Assembly (NCBI RefSeq): GCF_009914755.1
Contig: NC_060932.1
Strand: one strand, 5' to 3'
DNA from: the human T2T-CHM13v2.0 reference genome, Homo sapiens
DNA: 64,000 nucleotides
The notes below the pieces were generated by a model. It saw nothing but the letters and a program-made list of their open reading frames with translations. It did no database searches and was not told where the DNA came from. The position numbers and the translations under genes are program-made. Within the stretch, counting starts at the first letter, position 1, and each line of letters opens with the position of its first letter. Shown here one piece after another: positions 1-14,100 of this stretch.

Positions 1-2579
1 GCTCAGGGAGACACCAGGAAAGATGGCCCAGACCCAGGTGGGGCACAAAGGGTTACCTTCCTGTGGCCCAGCCCATGGAAGCTTCCGGTGGCACCACGGG
101 AACCAGACCAGGCCCTGCAGGTACCCTGGGATTTGGAGGAAGAACGGCAAGTTCAGCAGGCACCTCGGGCTGAGTGGGGAGCACGAGGGGTGCAGGGAGA
201 AGCCCGGCTCCGAAAGAAGCCCTCCGAATGGGACCACCCACCTCTTCTCACAAACACCTGCCATTCAGATTCGTGGGCTGCTGTTTTTCAAGGATTTGCT
301 TTTCTGAAAGACCTAGAGAATATTCTAGAACAGTTAAATATAGCTCTTGTGAAAGCTGTCCCATTTCCATGCCTATGTTCATTCAACAAACATTCTCGGA
401 GGGCCTGCTTAGTGCCAGACACAGGCGGGTGGGGGCCTCAGCCCCTGGGAGATGAAGAAGAGAGTCCCTGCTGAGAGGTGCTGGGGGCAAGGGATAAAGA
501 CTGGCTTGGAAAGAGCTGAGCACGACACAGGGTGGCAGGTGCTGAACTGGCGGGAGCCCTGGAACTTCAGGGACACATAGGAGAGACATCTCACCTGCCT
601 GGGAAGGCTGCACAGAGGAGACATCTTCAGTGGCTAGGGATGCCCCACTCTAGCCTGGGACTCAGTCTGCATGGGACAGGGGTGGAAAGAGGGACGGGGT
701 GGAGAGAGGGACAGGGCTGAGGGGTAATCAAGAGCTTAGATTTCAAGGGCCATGGTAAGCAATGTATTGCAGGCTGTGGGCCACAGGGAGCCATGGATGG
801 CTTGTGAGCAGGGCAGTGACTCGATCTCCTGTGGCTAGCTTGATGCACATAAGCACAGGCCCTGGCCATCTCAGAAATGCATGCAGCTTGGAGAAGGCCG
901 AGTAGGTGACGTTGCCGTAGTGCAGTGTTGCATAATGCCTGGTGACCCCCCCACACCCGCCCTTTAAAAACAAATGCTTAGGTCATCCCCAGAGGAAGCC
1001 AAAAATTAGAGAGGGCTCCTCTGTGTGCCCAGAATGGATCTAGACTGAGCTGGAAAACAAAACTCAAAGGAAAAAAACCAGAGCATTTCCAATGTCCAGG
1101 CCTCCTGGGACTGGGGTGGTAAGGCACTTCAACCAGAGGCAGTAGGGGCCAGGGAAGAGGGCATCTACAATTCCCTTCTAAATTTTAAAAAGCAAGATCC
1201 CAGCTTACAGCAAATGTCCACCTGATAGGAAGAAGGAAAAGGGTCACAGCACTGACACCCTGCCTGTACGGGAAGATTCTGGTCCCAGAACGAAAGGCTC
1301 AAGGAGATAAGAGCAATGACCCACCAGCTCCAGATTTCTCCCCTGCCAGACGAGGGTGAAGAGCAGGTGCCCTGGAAGCCAGGCAGAGAAGGAAGCAGCC
1401 AGAGAGAAGAGCACCCGCCCCACCCCTGCTGGCAGCTTCCTCCTTCTCCCTCCCTCCTCCCCTCTGCTGTTCTCACTCTGAGGTGCTCTCCTGCCAAAAG
1501 CATTCCCCATTTCAGCTCCATCTCCTCCTCTTCTGATTCTTTTATAGGGGACTCTTGGGACATCCCCAGATGCCAAATGAAGCAGCTGGTGGCCTCTGCC
1601 TTCAGCAGCAGGTCTGAGAGTTTCCATCACCAGCCACTAGACTTCAAAGCCAACCTTGTCCATGGGCTTACTCACGCATGGGGAGACTAAAGCCCAGACG
1701 GGGAAGCCAGGTCTGCCCGAGGGGTTGGAGTTGACCACGGGTTACCAGGTCACATCCAGGACACGTGGTAGCTGAACACAGCTGAGGGCTCAGAGGGCTG
1801 TCCCTGTCACAGGAGGTATGTGAGCAGAGTGTGAAGGGCCACTGAACAGGCCACCAGAAGGTCCATTACTTTCCAGGAGACCAGACTGGATGTCCCCTAA
1901 GTATTAAGGCAGGCATGATATGGGAAATGGAGCCACACCTCCTTCTCCCAGTCATCTGCCAATGATGGGTCTAAGTGTGGCCATGTGGCCCACCCTTGGC
2001 CTATGGGGCACAGGTGGAAATTGCTGAGTGGGGCTTCCTGGAAAGTTTGTTAGAAGGACAATCTCAACTGGCATAACCCTTCTGACCTTTGCCCCCTCCT
2101 TCTTCCTGCCTGGAACAGAGATGTGATAAACCCAAGTACAAATGCCAATACACTAAGGAAGACAAAGCCAAAAAGTCAAAGAAGCCCAGGTCCCAGGTGG
2201 TCCTGGACAGTGTCCCCAGAGACCACACCATCACTCACTGGACATCCCACCCAGACATGCCCTGAGAACTCCATGGCCCTGGTTGTTTCCAAGTCAGCCA
2301 CATTTCATTGTAGTCCTCTTTGGTGTTCCTCACACTAACACAACATTACTTGGTGAACCCTCAGTGAAGGCATGAGAGTACATTCTTTTGTGCAATTTAG
2401 CACCATACATTTCTGATAGCAGTTATAACATTTGACTTATTTTCTTTCTGTCTTTTCTCCTTGGAAGCCACAAGTAAATGTGAACCTGTATCACAGCCAA
2501 TATGAAGGTCAGTATACACCCATATTTTGTGACTAACTTTATACCTTATTTTTATGTCTTTTGTTATAAGGCATGTCAA

Positions 2580-3330
2580 AAACTTTCCTAGAAGAAAAAG
2601 GGTGAAAATAAGCTAAAAATATGAACATATACATAACAAATGCTAATTTTAAAAAAGCAGGTACAGCAATAAGATCAGGGGAAAAAGAAGGCAAAAGGAT
2701 CAAACAGAATTTTAAAAAGCTTGTTTTACATAGGCAAGCTTATCTCTGCCAAGAAGAAATAACAACAAACATAAACCTTTATGCATCCAACCACATAGCT
2801 TCAAAAAACATAAAACTAAAATTGTCAGAAATACAAGGAGAAACTGACAAGCTACAGTGACCAAGCACTGGTAGAGACACTAAGGGATCTCCCTCAGAAA
2901 TTAAGTAGACCTGATAATAATTATAGTCAGATTATAAAGCAAGAGACACACATCAAAATGCCTATAGAGTGAGGCAGCTGAAGCAAATGAGTGAGATGAC
3001 CTGAAATGATGATGCTAAGAACTATGGTGAACTAGACAGAGCACATGATCCATTTAAGGCATAAAAGTTAATAAAATAATGATAATTTAAACACTACATG
3101 TGCTAAACCCAACATGTGTGCAAGCTGATTGAGCCAGGAATCACCAGTTTTCAGACTTTGAAAAGGATTTGAGTAACATAACAAATAAGTTTGATTTAAT
3201 AGGTTTGTGTAGAACTTTATACACAAAAAAAGAAATAAATGTTCTTTTCAAATGTTCATGGAACTCAACAAAAATTAATCATTGCACTACAAAGAAAAAG
3301 TCCTGTAAATTTTAAAATACAGAAATTATG
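2580..3330 (+). mobile_element. Old L1M ORF2 (endonuclease-region) remnant, probably interrupted by a MER-type DNA transposon fragment (~2945-3160)
   Basis: ORF 2621-2860 contains ANFKKAGTAI...QEEITTNINLYASNHIASKNIKLKLSEIQGETDK, which resembles L1 ORF2 QEDITILNIYAPN...KQILTDLKGEID. Confidence 0.65.
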
Positions 3331-3379
3331 CATTATAAGTATGCCTTACAGATAGTGAACACTTGAAACACATTAGCTA

Positions 3380-4634
3380 TTTTATTTTTATTTATTTATT
3401 TTTATTTTTTATTATTATACTTTAAGTTCTAGGGTACATGTGCGCAACGTGCAGGTTTGTTACATAGGTATACATGTGCCATGTTGGTTTGCTGCACCCA
3501 TCAACTCGTCGTTTACATTAGGTATTTCTCCTAACGCTATCTCTCCCACAGCCCCCAATGCCTCAACAGGCCCCAGTGTGTAATGTTCCCTTCCCTGTGT
3601 CCATGTGTTCTCATTGTTCAACTCCCACCTATGAGTGAGAACATGCGATGTTTGGTTTTCTGTCCTTGTGATAGTTTGCTGAGAATGATGGTTTCCATCT
3701 TCATCCATGTCCCTGCAAAGGACACGAACTCATAGTTTTTTATGGCTGCATAGTATTCCATGGTGTATATGTGCTACATTTTCGTTATTTATTCTATTAT
3801 TGATGGACATTTGGGTTGGTTCCAAGTCTTTGCTATTGTGAATAGTGCCACAATAAACATACATGTGCATATGTCTTTACAGTAGCATGATTTATAACCC
3901 TTTGGGTATATACCCAGTAATGGCATTGCTGGGTCAAATGGTATTTCTAGTTCTAGATCCTTGAGGGATCGCCATACTGTCTTCTACAATGGTTGAACTA
4001 ATTTACACTCCCACCAACAGTATGAAAGTGTTCCTATTTCTCCACATCCTCTCCAGCATCTGTTGTTTCCTGACTTTTTAATGATCACCATTCTAACTGG
4101 TGTGAGATGGTATCTCATCATGGTTTTGATTTGCATTTCTCTGATGACCAGTATTGATGAGAAAACTGGCTAGCCATATGTAGAAAGCTGAAACTGGATC
4201 CCTTCCTTACACCTTATACAAAAATTAACTCAAGATGGATTAAAGACTTAAATGTAAGACCTAACACCATAAAAACCCTAGAAGAAAACCTAGGCAATAC
4301 CATTCAGGACATAGTCATGGGCAAAGATTTCATGACTAAAACACCAAAAGCAATGAAAACAAAAGCCAGAATAGACAAATGGCATCTAACTAAACTAAAG
4401 AGCTTCTGCACAGTAAAAGAAACTATCATCAGATCGAACAGGCAACCTACAGAATGGGAGAAAATTTTTGCAATCTATCCATCTGACAAAGGGCTAATAT
4501 CCAGAATCTACAAAGAACTTAAACAAATTTACAAGAAAAAAACAAACAAACCCATCAAAAAGTGGGCAAAGGATATGAACAGACACTTCTCGAAAGAAGA
4601 CATTTATGCAGCCAACAGACATATGAAAAAATGC
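3380..4634 (-). mobile_element. 5'-truncated L1PA with 5' inversion (twin priming)
   Basis: T-rich tail and L1 3' UTR/ORF2 end lie on the minus strand (3380-4161). ORF2 continues on the plus strand (4161-4634, [13 protein letters not shown]...). TSD-like flanks cacattagc(t/a)atttt at 3369 and 4634. Confidence 0.92.
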
Positions 4635-4669
4635 ACATTAGCAATTTTAAATGTGCAAAATGCAAGAAC

Positions 4670-4850
4670 TAACTTAATCTTCTCAACAACCTTGAGGTCG
4701 ATTATTGTTGTTGTTATCATCCTCATTTCATAGATTGCAAAAGCCAAGGCACAGAGAAGCTGAAATGCATGTCCATGTAATTACATTACAATTAGTAAAT
4801 GACCAAGACAGAATAACACACAAGCAGTCTGGCTCCAAAACTCATTCTCC
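4670..4850 (-). mobile_element. MIR fragment
   Basis: MIR core-like sequence: ttaatcttctcaacaacc...catcctcatttcatagat...aaggcacagagaagc. Confidence 0.6.
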
Positions 4851-4899
4851 TACCTAATCATTTTGCTGACAAAAGTGTGTGTATATGCATGTGTGTTTT

Positions 4900-5250
4900 G
4901 TGTATAACTTTAAAACACACGCTTCAAATAACCCTTGGATTAAAGAAAAAAATAAACTCACTTGCAAATTATTTACAAACAAATGATAATGAGACACCTA
5001 TGGGATGCAGCCAAAGGGGCACACAGAGGAAAACATATAGCCTTTAGTGAATTTATTTGTAAAAAGAGAAAGCCTAGTAACTGTCAGTGCATGAAGGGAG
5101 GAAAAAAATAAATAAACCTAAAGAATGCAAAGTAAGTGTTTAATAACAATAAAAGCAAAAAATCAATAAAATTGATAACCTCCTATAAGAACACCAAGAG
5201 ATGGTTCTTTTAAAAGATTAATAAATGTTGACAACTAATTCCAAATATTT
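4900..5250 (+). mobile_element. Old L1M ORF2 remnant (continuation)
   Basis: ctatgggatgcagccaaag...agaggaaaacatatagcc resembles L1 LWDAAKAVLRGKFIA. A-rich. Confidence 0.6.
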
Positions 5251-5454
5251 TCAAAGAATGTAAGAGCCAAAGAAAACACATGTGCATGCCAGAGCCTGCA
5301 ACAGAGCCAAACATTTCATCCTCTTCTATGCAACAACCTGCTGCTAGCTGTCACCTCTTAGACATGGGGCTAAGGGGCTGGACCATGACAGGAGGCTTCT
5401 ACTTCTATGCTACATTTTGTTTGGTTTTTCTTAAGTTTTCACTATGTAGATTTT

Positions 5455-5823
5455 CATACATATATATATATGTATACATATATATGTGTATACATATATA
5501 TGAATATATATGTGTATACATATATATTCATATATGTGTATACATATATATTCATATATATGTATACACATATATATTCATATATTCATATATATGTATA
5601 CATATATACACATATATTCATATATATGTATACACATATATTCATATATATGTATACACATATATTCATATATATGTATACATATATTCATATATATGTA
5701 TACATATATATTCATATGTATACATATGTATACATATATATTCATATGTATACATATGTATACATATATATTCATATGTATACATATGTATACATATATA
5801 TTCATATGTATACATATATATAT
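5455..5823. repeat. TA-rich compound micro/minisatellite (CATATATATT/CATATGTATA units)
   Basis: About 370 bp, read directly. It produces the Y/I/H/M-rich spurious ORFs. Confidence 0.97.
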
Positions 5824-5976
5824 AGACACACATACCAAGGTAGAGAAAAATATAATTAACCCCCAGATATGAATACTCAAGCTTCAGCAATTAACAACTC
5901 AAGGCCAATCTTGTTTTATCTAAACCCCCATCCACTTCTCCATGTGATTCAGGTTATTTTAAAGAAAATCCCAGAC

Positions 5977-6118
5977 ATTTCATTTACACATGCATCATTA
6001 CCTCTTAAAGATAAGTGTTCATTTATTATATATAGTCATAATAATAATTTCATTTATACATGCATCATTATCTCTTAAAGATAAGTACTCATTCATTATA
6101 TATAGTCATAATAATAAT
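5977..6118. repeat. 70-bp tandem duplication (2 copies)
   Basis: atttcattta(c/t)acatgcatcatta(c/t)ctcttaaagataagt...atatatagtcataataataat at 5977 and at 6047. Confidence 0.9.
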
Positions 6119-6376
6119 CACACCAAATACCTAACATTAATGTGTGTGTGTGTGTTTAAATTACAGAGGTTTTACATGTTACCAGTTTTTAAATCCAATT
6201 AAGAAAAAGTTTAAAAGCACAGTAGACTTTGTATAACTCAAAACATGCTAAAGGAGATAGGATCACCCATACCCTACAAATAAGGATGCTGATGATGAGA
6301 GCAAAATAATGGTTTACTTGCTGTACCCCAGCTAATAAAAGGTAGATGAGGGGTTGAGCTCAGGTCCCTTCATGAC

Positions 6377-6753
6377 TGTCTTAATCCGTTCTCACACTGC
6401 TATAAAGAAATACCCGAGACAGGGTAATTTAAAGAAAACAGGTTAAATTTACTCACAGTTCCCACATGGCTGGAGAGGCCTCAGAAAACTTACAATCGTG
6501 GTGGAAAGGGAAGCAGGCAACTTCTTCACAAGGTGGCAGAAAAGAGTGAGTGCAAGAACGAGGAAGTGCCACACTTTAAAACCATCAGCTCTAGAGAGAA
6601 TTCATTCACTATCACAAGAACAGCATGGGACTGCCCACATGATCCGATCACTTCCCTCCCTTGACACATGGGGATTACAGGTCTCTCCCTCAACACGTGG
6701 GGATTACAACTTGAGATGAAATTTGGGTGGGGACACAGAGCCAAACCATATCA
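6377..6753 (-). mobile_element. MSTA-like MaLR solo LTR
   Basis: Minus strand begins TGATATGGTTTGGCTCTGTGTCCCCACCCAAAT. TG...CA termini. 5-bp TSD ATGAC at 6372-6376 and 6754-6758. Confidence 0.9.
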
Positions 6754-7014
6754 ATGACCGATCCTGGGTTGGGTCCACTTGACCATGGCAGGCTTCCAGC
6801 CTAGCAGATGGTCAGATTTTGATAGGTAACAATAGATTAATTAACATGTTTGGACAACAAAGTCTTCTTGACCATAGTAAGATAAACTCAGATTCATACA
6901 TTTGATATGGCAGAAAAGCAACATGAGCTGAGTGACTTCTATGTGATGGGCCCAGAACTAGGTGCTTTCATCTCCCTGATCTCGCTTAATCCTCACAGCA
7001 GTCCTAGCAGGTTA

Positions 7015-7390
7015 CTGTGGGCTGAATCATGTCCCCTCACCCCAAATTCATATGTTGATATCCTAACCCCCAGGACCTCTGGATGTAACTGTTTTTGGAA
7101 AAAAATAAGGTAAAATGAGGCCCCTCGTGTGAGCCCTAATCCAATCTAACTGGTGTCCTTATAAGGAGAGGAGATTAGGACCACAGACATGCACAGAGGG
7201 ATGGCTGTATGAAGACCCAGGGAGATGATCATCCACAAGCCAAAAAGAAAGGCTTCCGAAGAAATCAACCTGCTGACACCTTGATCTTGGACTTCAGGCA
7301 TGAAGAACTGTGAGAAAAAAAGTATTTTCTGCTGCTTAAGTCACCCTGTCTTACTCTGTAATGGCAGCCCCAGCAAACTGAAACGAATCC
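7015..7390 (+). mobile_element. MLT1A/B-like MaLR LTR, inserted in a MIR
   Basis: tgggctgaat..tgtcccc...aaattcatatgttga...ccctaatccaat...gacaccttgatcttggactt...gcagccccagcaaact. MIR-like sequence on both sides. Confidence 0.8.
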
Positions 7391-7527
7391 AAAGGTAGAC
7401 TGTGGACTATCTGTTTTACAGATGAGAAAACAGCAAATCATCTGAGAGCTATGCAATGGGCAGGATTTGAACCCACTTGGAAACCAAAGCTATGCTCTCC
7501 ACTATACCAGGAAGGAAATCATGGTGA

Positions 7528-8058
<531 letters not shown>

Positions 8059-8274
8059 ACCTTTGCCATCATTGAGCGAAAAACATGCAATGACTTGAAG
8101 CAGAGCTTCCCCCATCAGCCTGCAGACCAGTAATGGGTAAAAGCTGCCCAGCTGAGCCTCAGACTGTGAACAGTAATAGATGGTGGTTGTTTTCAGCCTC
8201 TGTGTTTGTGGATGATTTGTTACATACACATCACTAGCTAACTGATAAAGGTGAAAAGACACTGTATGTAACAA

Positions 8275-8500
8275 CATAGTTAGCACAGACTCTGAAGTCA
8301 GACTTCCCGGGCATAACTCCTTTCTGCCACTTATTAGCTACATGACCCTGGGCAAGTTGCTTAGTCTCTCTGATCTTCTAGATCCTCATCTGTAAAACGG
8401 GGATACATGAAAATATCTATCTCATAGGATTGTCGAGAGGATGGAATTAATTGAGATAGTGACTGTAAAAAAACAGAATCCCATGGGCATGCCATAAACA
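8275..8500 (+). mobile_element. MIR
   Basis: gactctgaagtcagac...tgaccctgggcaagttgctta..ctctctg...cctcatctgtaaaacgggg. Confidence 0.75.
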
Positions 8501-9899
8501 ATAGCTCTTTGGTTGTGGTAAGAGAATTGAGGTCACACTTATCCTGGGGAGCTCTGGTCAGGAGAACTAAGACAAACCAATGAGGGTCATTTTGGCCTTT
8601 TATTTTAAAACTGATGCTATTTCTACCTTTCTCTATGAGTGAGGCAGTTAACTCCCTGTCACTGGAAGGTTCAGTGATGCTGCCATCCTGAGAGGGTGGG
8701 ACCAGATGCTTCTGAGTTCTCTTGATATTGTCAGGTGATAATCACTGAGGCTAATCCTTCCTGTATCCAAGCTCTTAATTCCAGGCAGAGGGACAGTGTC
8801 TGGGACTGCACCCTGGACAGGCTGTGGGTGTAATGGAGACCACATCAAGCTTGAGGAGAGATTTGGGTTCAAGTCCTAAGCTCCACTTCATGACCTTGGG
8901 CAAGTCACCAGATCTCTCAGAGCCTCATCAGCATAACCAGGTAACCATTGGCCCTATTTCATAGTCTTGTTAATGGATGAAAGATGGTTGTGGATGGGAA
9001 CCTGTCTTGTAAACTAGATTGCACCCAGGTCAAGCAATTATCCATAGTGACATCATTCCTGGCACACTGATGAAAAGGCATCTACCTCTGAAATTCTGTC
9101 TTCCACCAGCCCAGGGTGGGCTTATGTGGCAAGCATGCTACCACTGCCTGACCCACACCCATGTCAGACATGACTAATCAATCACACACGGCACCCTTCC
9201 CCACTGAGACTGCTTCGTGGTACAATGCTCCAGTGACCAGAGCCAGTCGGCTGGGTCAGACTGACAAGGCAAACTGTCCCCATCCCTGGAGCTGAAATGG
9301 GTCTACAGGCTCCCTTCCCCTCCCCCTCCTCATTTCATGCGTCCACAAGTGTCCTGCAGATCCCCCTGCACTGGCTGTGTCTGGGGTGAGCAAGGATTTC
9401 ACCGTGGATACCAGCTTTCCAACTCCACATGAGCTTGTCCCAGCTGCCTTTCCAAGGCCACCTGAAGACCACTAGGAAAACATCCTGAAATAGTAAGAAC
9501 ATCAAAAACTTTTTCAACATTGCCGAGGGCTGCTGAAGTTGCAGTGAAGCCAGAAGACCCACCCCTGCTTGTACAGTTGTTGATGGGAACAACATAGTAA
9601 CACAACTGAGTGCTGTGCCCCCTGACCTGCTGATCCCACTACAGCCAGCAAACCCTTAAAGGAGGATCTCACAGAATCCACACACACAGAGATGTCCAAC
9701 AAACCATTATCTATAGTTAGCCTAAAGAAAGAAAAAATACATTAAATCATTATAAATAGAGGCATGGTTCAATAATTAAGTGTCCATTCATTCAGTGGAT
9801 ATATAGCCATTAAAATCATTTCCCTTCAGTCTGTGGAAACTCAAGGTAATGTGTGATGTAAACTTAAAGAGAAAAGGGGCTCTGAAATGCTATGCATAT

Positions 9900-10400
9900 C
9901 ACCACAGACCCCGTGGGCACCTCCCAATACCTGACTCCACCCACTCCTCACCAGCCACACCCCAGCTTGCTTTGAGAAGCAGCATGCCCCATTTTCCAGG
10001 TTCCCTTGCAGCTAGAGTTGGTCATAAGACATAGTCCTGGCTGATGAGATATAAGTAGAAGCTGTTGGGCGGGTCATCCAGGAAGGTTCTTTAGAAAGAA
10101 GCAGGCTCAGCTGGCACACGCCTTTGACTTGTGTTCTTCCTCTTCTTCCTGCTGGGAGGGATGCTGGAGAGGATGTTGGAGGTGGAGCAGCCACCATGGA
10201 ACCATGAGACACCAGCCAGAGGACAAATGCCAAGCTAAGATGACTGAGCAGAAAGCTGGAAAGAACCTGCTCTCTCAAGGCATTGTGGAGCCACCTGTCA
10301 GCCCGTCTGCCTGCCCCACGCTTCGCAACCAAGAAAGACAAAACGGCTGTTTGCTCAAGTCCTTGTTACCTGGCTTTTCTGCTAGAGGCTCCTGAACACG
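9900..10400 (+). mobile_element. Old MLT1-type (MaLR) LTR
   Basis: ttcccttgcagctagagttggtcataagacatagtcctggctgatgagatataagtagaag...gcagccaccatgg-accatgag. Confidence 0.6.
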
Positions 10401-11063
10401 ATCCCTAAATAATCCACTCTGATGAAATGATAAAGTCAGCAAGCACATTTGGGCAATGACAAGAAGGTGAACATGGAATGCTGAAGCCATTCTTGGATGT
10501 GATCATGGGGTCTCAGGAGAGTCGTAGGGAATTTCCTCCCTTTCACGAAACACTCTGCCGTTGCTTGCCAACTTTCCCTTTCCCATAGTATGAGAGCTAT
10601 TTGGGGATTCAACACACACTGGCTTCCCCCTCACTAGTGTTTGAATACCTATGGCCTGAACATTGTCCCAGACAGACACCAGACCAATTTCCCCAACTGC
10701 CAGAGCTCCTCAGCACTTGGGTGCTGTCAAAGAAGTTCTCTCTGGGAAACCGCACAGGGAGAGCCTCTCATCATGACCAGACTCACTGGGGAACGTTCTC
10801 CCACACCCCGTGGCATCCCTGGGCTGGGCCCTTCCCTGCAGCCCGGATAAGCTCAGCCTAGGTCCACCTGGCATCAGTGGCAATCAGCTCCCCCCCACGT
10901 CCAACTGAATGCCCATGCCCTGGCACCCATGAGTGGCCTGGCACTGCCTGTTTCCAGACCACATGGGACCATGCACCCAAGCTGCCCTGACACAAAATGC
11001 TGCCTAGAGCTTCTGCTTCAAATGTGGGAACCAAGTGTCCACCCCACAGTTCTCAATACCACC

Positions 11064-11190
11064 CAGCTCACCCTGCCCACCTGAGCAGCTCACCCTGCTC
11101 ACCTGAGAGGCTCACCTCAGGCCCACCTGAGAGATTCACCCCAACCTCACCTGAGTTTTCACCCCAGCCCCACCTGACAAGCTCATCCCA
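11064..11190. repeat. Degenerate 22-24 bp minisatellite, about 5 units, each containing CACCTGA
   Basis: CACCTG at 11078, 11100, 11124, 11148 and 11171. Confidence 0.8.
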
Positions 11191-14100
11191 GATGTATGCC
11201 CACCTTCCACACCTCTGACAAACACCACATGTGCGCTGCGTGCCTGTCAGCTGCAGGTAAAGGCCTCTCACCTTCCTGAGTGGGCTGCACCTCACATGTC
11301 TGACAGGGCCAGTGACAGCCAAAGTCCATTTCACAAGTAGGCATCTCTTCCTGCCAGATGCCCTGCAGACTCACAGAGGCCTGGCGCCAGCAGCTGGCCT
11401 TGGGGACCAAGATCACACATCTAAGCCTCAGGAGTGAGAAGCTCCCCACTCAGCAGGACAGATCCCTAACCTGTTGTCTTCCATTAAAAGCAACAGCTTG
11501 AGTTCAAAAGGCTGCAGCCTGTCCTGCACCTACCCAGTGGTCCCAAGGCACAACCAAGCAGAAAGATGTCACCCCAAACTGCTCAGCTCTCAGCTGCTCC
11601 TGCTCTCGGGGAGCCAGGAGTACCAGCCAGTGTCCAGCCAGCCTTCCCTGAGCACCTGCTATGGGCCTGGCCAGGTGCAAGGGAGCCTGAGACCAGCAGC
11701 CCCTAGGGAATACTGATGTCTACTCAGAAAACTGAGTAGCACAGTGGGCTGGGGAGCAAAGAAACAAGTCCTTTGCTCAAGAGGATAAAGGACAATTGGG
11801 GAAAAGAGGAAGGCAGAGCCGGACTCAGGGCAGAAGGTGTGGGAACAGGGCCTGAGCGGGGCTGGAGGATGAAAAGGGCTGCAAGCTGAGGACCTGGGTC
11901 TGATTCTGCAGGGGATGGGGAGCTGCTGGGGTCTGGGGCAGGGCGAAGATGGCAGCCATGGGCTTTTAAAGGTCACTGCAGTGGTGGAGTGGAAGGTGGT
12001 GTCCCAGGAAGCCATAGTATCCCAACAGAACTGAGTTGGGGAAATCTTACTCCTTGAATGAGCCAGGGCTTGTATTCCAGTCCATAGCAATCCAACACAG
12101 AGACACCTTGAATGCAGCCTGTGGCCCCCAAAGCCCCCGGCTTGACACCATCCCAACCCCCATCCATTGGATGGTAGGAGCTTTTCCATCTCTGAGGAGC
12201 ATTTCTCAGTCAGGGCGGCCTCAGGTGCCCCCTTGCTAAGATTGGGGCCATGAGATTAGATCAGGGGTTCGGCGGCAGCAGAAAGGGGGTGGTGGGGAAG
12301 TGGCAAGGGGAAGCTGAAAGTGAATTTGCCAAGAGTGGACAGAGCACAACCAGACCCAGGTGACTGTCCCCTAATGAGCACGCCCAAATGACCACCATCA
12401 CAACAAAGCTGCCACTCACCAGCTGCCTCCTGGGTGGAGGAGGCGAGGAAACCTTTCACACACATTTCCTCCCATCCTTACAAGGACACAAATTCTGAGC
12501 TCTAAGTCTCCGTTTCATAGATGAGGGAGCCCAGGCTTAAGGGGTGTGCCTGGGATTGGGCCTCTGGGATGGGGCATGAGCCAGACGTGAGCCGCCCTGC
12601 AGGGCACTGGCATCCCAGGTCTGCCTGCTTCCCAGCTGTGTGCCTTCATAAGAGAGGCCACGGAGGAGCCCCTGAAATCCTGCCCAGGTGACAGGTGGCA
12701 TCATGGCCCATTCATTGGATGGCTGGCCATGCGTAGGGTAGGGACCTGCCCCCCACTCTCCAGATGCCTGGCCCAGCATCCCTCTTGTCACACCAACATT
12801 CCACCCATCACCTGCCACCCCAAACTTCAGCCCACCCTCCTCTACTCCAGCCCCCTCCCTCCACCCCATTGCCACCTACTGGTTCCTCCCAGGGCTCAAG
12901 TTCTGATAAGGATGAGGATGGCTCAGGGCAGGTCCACCCCACTCACCTAGCACCACCTTCGAGCAGCCACTCCCTGGCCAGGCTCTTCCATCACTCAGGG
13001 CTGGTTGACCCCAAGACCCCAGGCAAGGGCATGGTTGGGCTGAGGCCAGCAAACTGTGAGCTGGAGGGACTTTCAGGCCCAGTGGCTGACATCTGCCCAC
13101 AGTGTCCCGACAAGCCAGGCCAACACACTCACAGATGCACCTGAATTTTCTCATCTTCCCTGCCATGAATTTTTCCATCAACCACCCCTTCCTTTCTTGG
13201 TCCCTAGCACATAATTCTACTTTGTGCTCAGGTATCAATGCCAGGGTTTGTATTTGGGACCATACCAATGCAAGACAGGGACACTTTTGCTTAGTAGCAC
13301 AAAATGGAAGTACATGTGCTCAAAACAAGTTAATGCAGGAAGGGGCTACCCAGAAAAGCTAGTGCACCAACTGAGGACATTAACAGAAGTATATTGTGTA
13401 GACAAGGGGAGGTGATGGTCAGCTCTCCCTGAATGCTCAGACTGGACTGGGAAAGCACATACAGGCTAAAATTTCTCAGAGGAGAGGAACTGGCTACAAA
13501 GGGCATTATTGGGAGAAACTCAGGAGCCCAGGGCTATCCCCAAATCCCTACAGGCTGTTACAGAACAGGAGGGAGGCCAAGCTCCACTCAGCCCTCCCTT
13601 TGGAGGATCATAAGCTACACGGTGAGTGCACTGACCTAAAAAGGGAGAGCTTTCTACAGGTGGAGGTCCCCAGGTGGGGATGGGCAGGAAAAGAGACCCT
13701 CAAAACAAAAATCCCTTGAGGAAAGGGACCTCAGACTCCAGGCTCCTTCAGGCTGGCCATAGCAGGGTGCTCCACCTGGAGGTGGGAAGGACCCTCCTCC
13801 AATTCTCAGGCCCCAGAATTTCTCTGCCCATGGGACTCTCTCAAGAATGCCCACTGCCTTTCCTTTATCAGCCCAGCCTACCTGGGCTGGTTGCCTCCTA
13901 GTTCCTGGGGCTCTACTGAGAACAAGCATTGCATCTCTTTCTCCATGTTTCCCTCATCCTCTAGGAGGCTGGTGTATACACAGCCCAGAGCTGCTTGCTA
14001 CAGTCTGAGTCAGAGGGGCCAACCCTCTGGGGCCAGCTCCCTGGGCCACTGTAGCATACTGTCCCCACTCCAGGCTCAACTTCGCATCTGTGAGCTGAAA

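Noticed and set aside
4317-4733. 138-aa ORF with clear protein homology
   Set aside because: L1 ORF2 C-terminal fragment in the inverted part of a truncated L1, not a gene.
5280-5890. Tyr/Ile/His/Met-rich ORFs
   Set aside because: Translations of the TA-rich satellite.
9340-9700. Possible processed-pseudogene fragment (coding-like composition)
   Set aside because: Translations match nothing I recognise and there is no polyA or TSD. BLASTX would be needed.
11064-11190. CRISPR-like periodicity of short repeats (also 59248-59350)
   Set aside because: Eukaryotic minisatellites with no unique spacers and no cas genes.
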